Notes under the pieces: model-generated | What the model was told of the DNA's origin: nothing | What the model saw: the letters and a program-made list of their open reading frames with translations, nothing else | The model's database searches: none | Shown here: piece after piece, positions 22,910 through 35,084 of the stretch | Layout: each line of letters opens with the position of its first letter | Numbering within the stretch: the stretch's first letter is position 1 | Source of the DNA: Chrysemys picta bellii | Taxonomy: Eukaryota | Assembly: GCF_011386835.1 (NCBI RefSeq) | Contig: NC_088802.1 | Coordinates: 2,108,001 to 2,172,000 of the forward strand | Reading direction: 5' to 3' | Length of the DNA: 64,000 nt | Translations under genes and position numbers: made by a program

Positions 22910-22957
22910 CCAATCAGAAGGAGCAGTCCTTTCTGAGCGTCACTAGTTGCCGGGCAG
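22910..22957 (-). promoter_or_regulatory. SXY-like module (X1 RFX-like, X2 CRE-like, Y box)
   Basis: Minus strand reads CTGCCCGGCAAC TAG TGACGCT (18 nt) CTGATTGG. Second copy at 50055-50102 has the same motifs and spacing. Confidence 0.55.
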
Positions 22958-23068
22958 ACTCAGTCGGGGCGGCCCTGGAGAGGACTCGCGGAGATAAAAA
23001 AGGGCGGGAAACGGGTGGGGAAGTGTCGTGAGGCGCCAACGGCCGCTGAGAGCGCGAGTGGGGAAAGG

Positions 23069-23774
23069 CAGGGTTACCATATTTCAGCAAGCAAAAAAGA
23101 GGACGGGAGAAGCCCCGCCCTAGCCCCGCCCCGTCCTGGCCCCGCCCCCGTCCTGCCCTAGCCCCGCCCCCATCCTGGCCTAGCCCCGCCCCCACCCCTG
23201 CCCCTCCCACTTCCTGCCCCCCTCCGAACCCCCAACCCTCCCCCCACACCTTGTCCCCTGACTGCCCCCTCCTGGGACCCCTGCCCCTAACTGCCCCCCA
23301 GGACCCTACCCCCTACCTGTCCCCTGACTGCCCCAACCCTTATCCACCCCCCCAGAAAGCCCCCCCCGAACTCCCGACCCCCCCGTCTCTTGACTGCCCC
23401 CTCCAGAACCTCCCTGCCCCTTCTCCTGCCCCCTGCCCCCCTTGTTGTTGGCCTTCGCCTAACGTCTCTGTAGCGTGCTCAGGAACGGCCGGAGCCGCTC
23501 GTCCCGGCACGCCGGGCGGCGGGGGGGGGGGGGGAGCTCCAGACTGCCGGAGGGATCTGCCAATGCAGGGAGGGCGGGCGGGAGGGAGTGAGCTCGGTTG
23601 CAGGGGAGAGGAGGGGGGGTCTCTCTGGCTGTCAGAGCCCCATGCGGCCGGCTGCCCTGTTAGCCACGCGCTCTGCAAGGGGGGGAAGTCCGGACATTTA
23701 CAGATTCCCCCCGACGCTATTTTTAGCTCAAAAAGCCGGACATGTCCGGGGGAATCCGGACGCATGGTAACCAT
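23069..23774. mobile_element. Non-autonomous hAT element (MITE)
   Basis: Ends CAGGGTTACCAT...ATGGTAACC. 8-bp TSD GGGAAAGG/TGGAAAGG. The empty site is visible in the paralog near 49940. Confidence 0.8.
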
Positions 23775-25181
23775 TGGAAAGGCCAACTGTCCCCTGACGG
23801 GGGAGGGGGCGGGACCAACTGTCCCCTGATGGGGGAGGGGGCGGGACCAACTGTCACCTGATGGGGGAGGGGGCGGGACCAACTGTCACCTGAGGGGCAG
23901 GAGCCAAATGTCACCTGAAGGGGGCGGGGCCAACTGTCACTTGGAGTCCGGGCTCCAAGCACCCCCTGCTCTAAGCACTAGACCCCACTCGCTTCCCAGA
24001 GCCGGGGAGAGAACCCAGGAGTCCTGGCTCCCAGCCCCTTACCACCTCTCCCCGCTCAAACCTTCTCAGTCCCACTCTTCCCCTAGCTGTGGGACAGAGA
24101 ACCCAGGAGTCCAGGTCCCTGTGCCATTGCTCAGTTCGGGTCTGGGCAGAGCCTGGCATAACAAGGGCGCTGATCTGGGCTGCACCTGGAACCACAGGGG
24201 CCCCGATATTTTGCAGGGGATCTGTGTAGCGCCCGGGGGCCCCTCCATTTGCTACGGCTGCAGTTTCTGTGGCTCGGGGCTCTGTCTGCACTTGAGCTCC
24301 TGGCGAGAAACAGGAAATTCAGCACCGTTCACGGCCACAGCTTTTGCAAAGGCAGCAGCAGATGGGGTGGGGGGTGATTTACAATCATGATAGAAGTGTC
24401 GGAGTCGGGGCCGTGTGCGACGCACAAACAACTGACCACGGTTTCCGTCCCGCGAGCCGGAGGCGATCTCCAGGCACTCAGCTTGCAGAGCCAAAAAATA
24501 CTTCTAGCCCTCACGAGAGCAAAGAAATTTCTCCAAACCAGGGCGGGTGGGACCCACGCCTGAGTCTGCAGAGAGCCTGAGCTGGCCGCTCTGAGAGGGG
24601 GGAGCTTCCCCGACTGTGATCCAGGCAGTGATGGGGGTGGGCTGGCTCTGGGGGGCTATAACCTGCTAAAGTTAGGGAGAGGACCCAGGAGTCTGAGCTA
24701 CCACCCTCCTCTGCTCTAACCACTAGATCCCACTCCCCTCCCCGTGTATGTGCAGGACGAAGCACATGGCTTCCTTCTGAAAATGTAACTCTCACCGGCT
24801 CGAGCTGCAATACTAAGACCTGGGAAAGTCTTAGTGCCCTTGTGTGGGCACCCTCATTCTGCCCCCATCCACCCCAATGAGCCAGTCCCCCTGCTCTGGG
24901 GCCAGATTGTAGCCTGTGCACCCTAGAGGGGAAAGCCCCCATGTCGCAGCCCCTGACCATAGGCTCATGGTCTTTCACGTCCACGTGCCTGACCAAAGGT
25001 CTTTGTCAGAGGAGGGGGAAGGCTGCTCATGGTGCCACCTGACCTGTCCTACCTGAACGTTGAAAACCGACCCCTCTAGGAAGCATGAAACACCCAACAC
25101 AAGAATGGGAAATGCAGAGCTAAGATAATGCCTCCCCCACTGTTGGAGGAAAGGACAGAAAGGCAAAGAAATATATGTGGG

Positions 25182-26337
25182 TGTGACGGGTTGAATCATA
25201 GAACCCCCCCCTGGGAGCTGCCACCTGATGTGCCAAGACTACTTCTGCCCCTGCTTTCCCTGCCAGCTCAGGACCCCAGCACCCCGTCTCGCTGAGCCAG
25301 ACACGCCCGTCTGCTCCGACACAGACCCAGGGTCTGAATTACTTGCCCCAAAGCTGCAGACTTAACTGAAAGCAGCTAACAGAAGTGTTCTTGTCTTTAA
25401 CACTCAGATGCTCAACTCCCAATGGGGTCTAAACCCAAATAAATCCATTTTACCCTGTATAAAGCGTATACAGGGTAAACTCATAAATTGTCCGCGCTCT
25501 ATAACGCTGATAGAGAGATATGCACAGTTGTTTGCCCACCCAGGTATTAACACATACTCTGGGTTAATTAATAAGTAAAAAGTGATTTTATTAAATACAG
25601 AAAGTAGGACTTAAGTGGTTTCAAGTAGTATCAGACAGAACAAAGTAAGTCACCAAGCAAAATAAAATAAAACGCGCAAATCTATGTCTAATCAAACTGA
25701 ATACAGATAATCTCACCCTCAGAGATACTTCAGTAAGTGTTTTCCTCAGACTGGACCCCTTCCAGGCCTGGGCACAATCCTTTCCCCTGGTCCAGCTCTT
25801 GTTCCAGCTCAGGTGGTAGCTAGGGGATTCCTCATGATGGCTCCTCTCTTTGTTCTGTTCCACCCATTTATATCTCTTTTGCATAAGGCGGGAATCCTTT
25901 GTCCCTCTCTGGGTTCCCACCCCTCCTTCTCAATGGAAAGACACCAGCTTAAAGATGGATTCCAGTTCAGGTGACATGATCACATGTCACCGTAAGACTT
26001 CAAGCCTTCATTCCTCCCAGCCTGACTCCCAGGAAGGCGGCCTGCAGACAGAGCCATCCACAGTCAATTGTCCTGGTTAATGGGAGCCATCAAAATTCCA
26101 AACCCCCATTAATGGCCCCACTTTGCATAATGACAATAGGCCTTCAGAGTTATATTTCCTATTTCTAGTTTCAGATACACAAGTGATACATTTATACGAA
26201 TAGGATGATCTCACTCAGTAGATTATAAGCTTTTAAATGATACCTTACAAGAGACCTTTTGCATGAAGCATATTCCAGTTACATTATATTCACTCATTAG
26301 CATATATCTATAAAATCATATAGAGTGCAACGTCACA
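25182..26337. mobile_element. Solo LTR (second LTR family, probably Gypsy)
   Basis: TGTGACG...CGTCACA termini with a perfect 5-bp TSD GTGGG (25177-25181, 26338-26342). Confidence 0.9.
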
Positions 26338-27659
26338 GTGGGATAAGGTGAGAGATTCCTATGCTACCTGTTTCTTTAGATTCGACCTTCCCTATCCAGC
26401 ATCTGTCATCTGGTAGGTTTGATCTTCCCATGAAGGGTCCCTCCCACCTTGACTAACGAGGAGTCAGTCGTGATAAGGTGAAAAACAAATGAAGTGTATT
26501 GAGGGATTGGTGCACAATGAATGGGGCAAAGAAAAGGAGGGAGTAAACAGTCAAATTATGCAATACGGTGATTCCCCCCAAATCAACCCCATAAACAGGA
26601 CAGCAGCTGAAGGTGGAGGATGGTAAGTGGGATGTGGCTGTCTGGCCTTCTCTTCTCCTTGCCGGTGATGGCAAAGTAGAAGCAGAGCTGTGGAAGGAAA
26701 ACCCGAGCCCCCTTCTACCACTAGGATGGGGAGGTGAGTGCAAGTCAGACCCTCGCTGTCACTCAGATGGACAGCACCTGAGCAGGAAACCCCAGAGAAG
26801 GAGCAGAAAACCCCTTCTGGGAAACCCTGTGGAAAAGGTGGTAAAAACCAGTTCCATCCAGAAGTTGTTTACCCCTTCTGAGGAGAAATAAAAGGCGGGA
26901 ACACTGTGATCAGCTGGATCACATGGGCACAAACTCCATTTTGAAAATCAACATGGGATCCTGAAATTATACAAAACATATAAAACGGACATAACCCAAC
27001 AATCACCCTCCCAGCCAGCGCTGCCCCAGGGGATGGGACAGAACCCAGCACGCCTCCTCAGCGGCTCAGCCCAGGGTCTGCGCTGGGTGTCTGATGCTGG
27101 AGCACTAAAAGCAGGTCCTCGGGGGAGACTTTCTCTCAGAAACCCCTTAACCACCTGCCCCCAAATTTGCACCACAAAGTCTCTCCTGCACCTTGCTGGG
27201 GCAGAGTTAGTTTCACGGCAATCTGCCTGGGCAGGTGCATTTCACGACAGAGGGACAGCCGGCCGAGGGATCACAGCTCACCGCCGCAGGAACCGCTCGG
27301 TGACAGGGCTTGGACAGATGGTCCCGGGGCTCAGAGAGGTTGCAGCCTCTCCCGCTCTCCCCTGTTACTCCGCGTGTCACGCCCTGAGCCCCCTGGTGAA
27401 GTGATCCCAAGTTTGCACCACAAATCTGCCTCAGGCCCGGATGTCTCGCAGCAGTTTTCGAGCCAATCTGATTTTGCATGTGGTTCTTAGAGCACAAATC
27501 AGCTTTAAACAGTAACTGGAACCTGTCCTGCACTTCGTCCGGGGCTGCCCCTCGATCCCACTGCCATCTGGTGACCGAACAGCCTCATTGCACCTAACAT
27601 CTCTCGATTTCCGCCCCAGCCCCGGTGACCTCCAGACGGTCTGTCCTCGTCCCCCCGAC

Positions 27660-28370
27660 CTTCCTCTTCCAGACCCCTTTGTTACCCAGGTCTCCTGAAA
27701 ACAACTTGTGTCAATAAGACAAAGAGCTTTGTCTGCTACGGGAAAGAGTCACTGGAGAAGCAGCACTACTCCCCATTCTCTCATATGTAGCTCCCTCTGG
27801 GATGGGGAAGGAGGCTATTGATAGAGGGATCTCTTGCCTGGTGTACAAATGCAGTCATATCTGGGGTGGAGCGATTTCATGGCCGCACTGCACAGCAGTT
27901 TAGGACAGGAAGTGAAGGGGGATTCCCTCACCACTGGTAACTGCAGGATCTGGCCAGGACAGCGGGGCCAACGCCTGACCCCGGGGAATGGAGCTGGGCT
28001 TGGCTAGTGAGTCCCTGAGGCTCAGACTGAATCGTCCCCTCTCCCCCGCCCCGTCTCTCTCCTCCTGTCTCAGAGCGGCCGGTCGCCGTGGTGTTTGCCC
28101 GAGCGCCTCCCCCAGCCGGGACCCCCGCGCCGGTACTGCTGGTTTGCCGGGTCACCGGTTTCTACCCCCATCCCGTCCGCGTGGCCTGGCTGCAGGACGG
28201 GGAGGAGGTGGGGCCGGGCGGGCGGCTGAACTCCAGTGGGATCCTGCCCAACGCGGACCTGACCTACCAGCTGCGCAGCTCCCTGGCCGTGGGGCCGGGT
28301 GCCGGGCACAGCTACGCCTGCCGGGTGCAGCACAACAGCCTGGGGGGCCGGAGCCTGCTGATCCCCTGGG
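27660..28370 (+). pseudogene. CD1 pseudogene (internally deleted alpha2, intact alpha3 exon)
   Basis: The alpha2 start ACCCCTTTGTTACCCAG jumps directly to the alpha2 end (..TGTGTCAAT..GGGAAAGAGTCACTGGAG). alpha3 exon 28074-28370 is open with AG/GT borders. No leader, alpha1 or TM exon found. Intron-2 relics at about 24870-25050 and 27005-27090. Confidence 0.85.
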
Positions 28371-28934
28371 GTAGGTGCACATCCCCGGGGGGTGGGGTCA
28401 TCTCTGGGGGCTTTTCCTGCATGTCCCAAGTGGGACGGGGGTGAGTCCAGCTAGGCAGTGGGATTGGGGCAGAGGGAGGTCGAGGGTGTCAGTGGGTGTG
28501 TGGGGACGGACTGGGAGAAGAAGGGTGGTGGAACTGAGGGGGACAGGACTGCGACGGGGGAGCAGGGGGAAAGTGCGGGGGAGGCTGAAGGAAGAGCTCT
28601 GGGGTAGGGCAAGGCTGAGGGCAGTGGGGTCGGGGTGCGGGGAGCAGCGGGGACTGCAGCCGATGTTGAGGGAACAGGGTCAGGGTGGGCAGCACCGAGC
28701 ACAAGGGGGTCTTGGGCATGACCGGGCTCCTCGGCCCTGCGGTAACACAGCGATAATAACAGTCCTGGCTGGGGAGGGGAAGTGGATTTGAGCAGGGGGG
28801 CTGGAAGCCAGGGCTCTGACCTGCCTGGTTTCCTCTTTTCTATGGTCCTGATTTGTGATCAGACAGAGGGTGGGGGTGGGACATAGTGACAGGTGGGGTC
28901 ACAGGGGTGGGAGCAGACCCTGGTCCCAAGACGG

Positions 28935-29418
28935 GGTTTTAATCAAGTGGTTCATGAACAGGCAGGAGCAGACAGCCGGGGTGGTGTCCACGGAGCTGCT
29001 CCACAACGGAGACTGGAGCTTCCAGATCCTGGTGATGCTGGCGATGACCCCCCAGCGCAGGGACGTCTACACCTGCCAGGTGGAGCACATCAGCCTGTGG
29101 GGCCCCCTCACTGTGCACTGGGGTAAGAGCCTCTGAGTGTGGGGCAAGGCCTGAGCCCGCAGGGGCACCCCTAGCTCTGTGGAGTCCCCTCAGGGGATGG
29201 GCCTGGGTCAGATCCCCATCCCCACCCCGGGGGCAGAGAGCGAGGACGTGACAAAGGGAAGGAGAAGCTGGGCTGAGCCCGAACCACCCGTGCTCTTGTT
29301 TTCACAGAAGCACAGACTGACTCTGCCAGGGGCACGATGCTGGCTGGCGTCGGGGGCTCCGTGCTGGGGTTGGTCTTCATGGTCCTGGGATTGCTCGTCT
29401 GCCTGAGGAATAAGAAAG
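28935..29418 (+). pseudogene. MHC class II beta chain fragment 3 (partial beta2 exon, intact TM exon)
   Basis: [60 protein letters not shown] ends at a donor at 29122. Exon 29308-29418 (111 nt) encodes AQTDSARGTMLAGVGGSVLGLVFMVLGLLVCLRNKK, a class II beta CP/TM pattern. Confidence 0.85.
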
Positions 29419-32029
29419 GTGAATGGCTCCGGGATGGAGCCGGCAGCCCCAGGAAATGAGTCCCCAGTGGGGCCATAACCCAGTGGCACTGGAGGGTTTC
29501 ACTAGAATTTTGATTCACCACAATTTACGTTAGCTTCCCCTGCAGGCTCAAATTCAGTTTGCTAGTGACCGAGGAACTTCCTGCCCATCTCTCAGCCCAG
29601 GTCCAGGAAGTGCGGAGCCAATCCCAGTCCCTGGCTTCCCATACATCTGAGTCAGACCGTTCAAACTCTGAGCTACAGCTGTGCCCTCCTGGCCTCCCCT
29701 CCACTTCTCCTCTCCTGGAGCATCAGGTTGTTACAGACACAGCTGAAGTGTTCGCAAATCAGTCAGTTCCTCTCTAGTCATGGAACAAATACACTTCCCC
29801 TTTGAAAAATATGGAGACCAAACTCACTTGAGAAACGCACCAGAAACTGATGAACTCTTGACCCTGAATTTTGAGACTTACTTATGCTACCCTCTAACCT
29901 GCTTCCCTTTTTGCTAAACGTGAGAAACAACGTGCAATAACTTGCAGGTCAAACACCTAAGTGGATGATGCTGATACCAGAGAAATTCCCCAGACTCTAT
30001 TGTGTATCCCTGGCTTCCATTTTAAATTAGCAAGAGTCAGGCCCTCATTCGAGTCTGCAGATCCCATAGCACTAAAAATAGAATTGGCTGGAAAACCAAA
30101 GTAGGGGAAAAGTCAGCAGATCATAACTCTGAGGTAAACACGGCTCCAGACTAAAATTAGAACGGACCGTTTGGAATGTGGGCCGTTGTCATGCGCAAGA
30201 AAGTCCTGACAGGTCGGTATAAAAGTCAGTGTGTCAGCAGACAGCCAAGGGGTAGGTGGAGAGCGAGTGGACAGAGAGAAGCTTCCCTGAGCGGTCCATG
30301 CGTCCGACAGCCGAATGGAGAGCTGACAGAGCAGCAGGAGAGTGTCCTGGTCCCGTCCAGCAGCAGAGGGAGAAGACGTACAAACCCAAGGAGAACACTG
30401 CAGGGGCGAGAGCGAACGCAGGAGAAACAAGCAGCAAGGGAGTCAATTGGCCGTAGCTCCCTCCAAGTCAATGGGGCCAGATCCCTGCTGGGATCAGTCG
30501 GCCGTAGCGCTTCTGACTTCCATGGAACGGATTTCCAGAAGCTCAGTATCTGGCCCCACTGAGCTCAGTGGAGGTGCGGCCGCTTGACACCGGCTGGGAT
30601 CTGGCCCAGAGGTTTTCCCTTAGCTTATTTAAAAACAGTTCTATCCAGTTAAACATTTCTGGAGCACAAGAGCTTGTGATAAAAAGTTATTTTAATATGT
30701 TTTAAATAAAGCATTTTTAATGAAAACTCTTTCCTGGGAAATGTTATTTCCTTGCAGAAATGGCTTTCAACAGAAAAAATATCTTTGTGAACTATTCTCG
30801 TTGACAAAAATGATATGATTTCAAAAAGGAAAATACTTTGAGGGGAAATGTTTCTCTTTAGCACAAAATATTTTCAGAAAAAAATCATTATGGAAAATGA
30901 TGTGTTTTCCTGTGGACAAAAAGTGTGTGTGTGTATTTGCATATATGTGTGTGTGTTTACATCTATATATAATAGCTGACACGATATGCTCCACCCCAGT
31001 GCTAGCTGAATTTATGGAACATATATTCTTTTCCTTACATAAATATCAGTGTTATTGAAAAACATATCTACACTCGTAAATATATCTATGTCTTGTGAAT
31101 ATATGACACACCTTGCTAAGAGGAACGTTCTAGCAGGAGGAAAGGGGTCAGTTCCTTCAGGCATCTGACTTTTTTCCCAGTGCAAATGTGTTTGTTTTGA
31201 AAACACTGTAGGTCCAGACTCGGTGTAAGAGGAGAGATTGAAACAGAGAAGAGGAGTTGATGGAAGGCTAGAAATTAAGGCTGTTCACCCCGTCTCAAAC
31301 TACATGAGAAAGGGATGTTGGGTGGAATTTAAAGCACTCCCAGTTCAGAAGTTCAGAAAACAAATTTTCTATCTATATTTTAATGCTTGTTTTTCTCCTG
31401 AAAAAGGGGAGAAATTGGAATTTTGGGTGGAAAGTAAAATTCTAGCAGGTTAGAGCCCCCCCCCCCCGAGCCAGCCCACTCCCATCACTGCCTGGATCTC
31501 ACTGGGGGGAGCTCCCTGCTCTCAGAGCGATCGGCTCAGGCTCTCTGCAGACTCAGGCATGGGTCCCACCAGCCCCTGGTTAGAGAGATTTCTTTGCACC
31601 TGTGAGAGCTAGAAGCATTTTTGGCTCTGCAAGCTGAGCGCCTGGAGATTGACTCCGGCTCACAGGACGGAAACCGTGGTCAGTTATTTATGTGTCGCAC
31701 GTGCCCCCGACTCCGACACTTCTGTAGCTGATTGTAACTCGCCCCCGGTCCCCCCTCCCCCCAGCCCCACCTGCTGCCACCTTTGCAAAAGCTGTGGCCG
31801 TGCAAGATGCTGAATTTCCTGTTTCTCACCACGACGTGCAGGGGTGAAAGTGAAGACAGAGCCTCGAGCAACTCGGCACGTTTCAGCCCACCACAGACTC
31901 TGCAGAAAGTACCAGTAGCAAATGGACCTCCCCACCCCCACTACTATAACCTACTATAGAACCCAGGAGTCCTGACTCCCAGCCCTCCCCCCAGCTCTAC
32001 CTCTCCTCACTCTCTCCCCACATTTGCAG

Positions 32030-34670
32030 TGTGATGATGGTGCCCATGGGAGCCAGCTGAGGTCACACAATCAGGGTGAACTGCAAACAAAATGGGGCAG
32101 ACAAACCCCAGACGCTGGTGGATCTTCCAATACTTAGATTTACCAACCAGCCCAAAACAGCTTCTATAGAACCTCCCTGGTTACTCAGACGTCCAAACAA
32201 CGCAGTTCCCTTAAAGTGCCCAGCCTCCGGCCTCCGTCCAGACACACACGTCAGATATGATGATGATTACTGAAAATCTTATCATATAAAAGAAAAGGTT
32301 CTTCCAATCCCAAAGGATCAGCCACATACCCAGGTCCAATGATAACCTAGATCTTACCCAAAATAGATGCTTATAGCCAATTCTTATTAACTAAGCTAAA
32401 ATTTATTAAAAGGAAAAAGGGAGAGACAGCTGGTTAAAAGATCAATGTACGTACAGACTTGAATTCAATTCTTGAGGTTCAGATACATAGCACAGATGAG
32501 TTTGTAGTTGTGAAAAGTCCTTTTAGAAATAGTCCACAGGTGTCCAATGTCCATGTTCAGGGTGACTCCAGTCAATGACTGGGGATCTCCATTCTTATGG
32601 CTCAGGGTTTCCCCTTCTTGAAACCCAAAGCAAATCTGCGATAAAACAGAATGGTGCCCCAGGGTTTTTAGACATTTTCCAGAGCCTCTTGGCCTGAGAG
32701 AATAAGCTTAATCTTCTGTCTCCCAAACATCCTGGCAATTAGCACAGGGTAATTTATCCATTAAACAGTTCAGATCCAGTTTATCACAACCTTCAAAGAG
32801 TCATTGAGACAATAATACTATTTCCCTCAAGTGTCTTCCTAAATGTTAATATTCCTCTTTTGATCTTTGAATTAAAGCTATCGCAATAGACTAGACTTGT
32901 TTGCTGACATCACAAGCCCTGAGCAAACATCTCCCCTTCTCTCTCTAACAGTGCCGGCTGCATTTCAAAGCTCTATTCATTTACAGATCTTCTTAAGCAG
33001 TCTCTAAAGTTCAGCCATGGGTTAGGTCAGTCTGTGAGTTAATTAACTCTTTCTGGCCCTGTCACCTTCCAATGAGATATTATATTACACTCATAACGTC
33101 ACACCCCCAATGCAAAATTGGTGCAGGAAGGGATGACACAAACATCGCTGACTGCATCCCAAGAGCTCCCTATCCTGCGTTCTGTCTCATTACAGCTTGT
33201 ATTGGATTAGAAGCTGTATCAGTGTATATCAGAAATGGTTTATCCAAGTCATGTTCAATAACATGATTGAATCTCTTTATAAACTCAAGGTAAAACTTGG
33301 TTAGAACAATAGTGGATTGGATCTGCTCTGGCAGCACGGTTCCTGTATGTCTCATGTGACCTTGCCAAGAGCTAAAGAAAACAGCTACTTTATCCATACA
33401 AGCTCGGGCAAATGTTTGGAACCCAATTACCATTAAGTCAATGTAGATGTTAATGTTGTCCGCAGTGTAGGAATCTTGGCATTTGGCCATGAAAGCAATG
33501 TGGTAGTTGCCTCAGTTTCCCTTCTTATACAGCACATCAGATCTGGAATGTCTTTTCCCCTGTGAAAAGTTCCAATACTGTTTACAGGCATTAACAGTGC
33601 GACATTAGCATTACAAGCCCTTCTAACATAAAGTGTGTTCTTACGTATTGCTTGTAACATGTCTAAGGGATTTTCCACAAGATTAGGCCCATGGTACATT
33701 TTTACAGTTTTTGGTAATAGCGACACATTAGTTACAAAAACCACCATTAGCAATAACAACAAATGTATAGCAAGTGTCCATTTATAATTATTGTTGTCAT
33801 GTCACACCTTTGGCCCAATACCATTGGGGTTTTGTTGTTTTAGGGTTACCCTGTGACTTCCCTTTGCAAAATTAAGTTCTCTCTTTCCTCCTTGTCCTGA
33901 AGGATCAATCCCTGATTTCTCTTGTTTAACAGAATTCACTGGCTGAGGGGCTGTGCTCTCTGTGCTAACAGCTATTAGCAAGTCTTTCTTCTCCCTGCCA
34001 GCCAGGTAATTTGCATCAACACAGACACTAGCTTTTAGATTCTCAGCTGCTACCAATTTTAAGGCTGGACTGTCTTAAAGAGATACCATCCATTTTTACT
34101 AGCATGTTAGATGCAAGGTTCTGTTGTCCTTTCATTACCAACCTCGGCTTCCACATGGAATCAGATGTTAGGTCCACTGAGAAACTACAAGTCATATCCA
34201 AAGTGTCTAGAGAGGACAGCGTACCTGCCATCCCCTGCATTCTCGAGAGACTAACTACACAGCTGTTCTGCTCTGCCCACTGAGCTACCCAGTCTTCCCT
34301 CTGAACCTGAGACCCAGACTGTTCACTCACAGAATCTACACGGAGATATTCCTGTTCCAACACCATTGTCTTCCCAACAAGCTGGCCAAACACAGCCACT
34401 TGGTCATAGGGCTGTTTGAATTCCTTAACAGCTTTTACTCCATCTGAGACCTTCTCAGAGCAACCCACACTGGATCTTTCAGAAGGAAAGTCAGTGGATC
34501 CATTCACAGCAGAAAATTTCTGGCTGTTAGAAACTGAAACTTTCTTGATTGAATCACTTTCACACCCTTGAGCTACAGCAAACTGCTTGCACAGATTACC
34601 AGGAGGATTCCTTTCCCTAGGAACTTTTCTACGTAACAATTCAGCCCTCACAGGAATTCTGCCCTTACCC
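32030..34670 (-). mobile_element. Degenerate Gypsy element, 3' half (3' LTR 32030-33103 and pol remnants)
   Basis: LTR with TG...CA termini. Adjacent minus-strand remnant FYLEFIKRF..DKPFLIYTDTAS resembles the RT/RNase H junction. A G-run lies next to the LTR. Confidence 0.75.
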
Positions 34671-34673
34671 TAA

Positions 34674-35010
34674 AAAGAACAGGAGTCCTTGTGGCACCTT
34701 AGAGACTAACAAATTTATTAGAGCATAAGCTTTCGTGGACTACAGCCCACTTCTTCGGATGCATATAGAGTGGAATAAATATTGAGGAGATATATATACA
34801 CACATACAGAGAGCATGAACAGGTGGGAGTTGTCTTACCAACGCTGAGAGGCCAATTAAGTAAGAGGGAAAAAGAACTTTTGAAGCGATAATCAACCTAG
34901 CCCAGTACAGACAGGTTGATAAGAAGTGTGAGAATACTTACAAGGGGAGATAGATTCAATGTTTGTAATGGCTCAGCCATTCCCAGTCCTTATTCAATCC
35001 TGAGTTGATT
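34674..35010. mobile_element. Penelope-like element terminal fragment
   Basis: AAAAGAACAGGAGTCCTTGTGGCACCTTAGAGACTAACAAATTTATTAGAGCATAAGCTTTCGTGG. An inverted partial copy lies at 35587-35705. Confidence 0.65.
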
Positions 35011-35084
35011 GCAGGCTGCATTTTCTCCTCAGCCTGCATGTCCTTATCATCTGCCTCGAAGGTTCTTACAAGATATTGAACTCA

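Noticed and set aside
34715-34765. Hammerhead-like core in the Penelope fragment (minus strand: CCGAAGA-stem-GAAA-GCTTATGC-TC)
   Set aside because: The core has C at the U4 position and no convincing stem I can be formed. Hammerhead-like motifs in Penelope termini are already known, and this copy looks degenerate.
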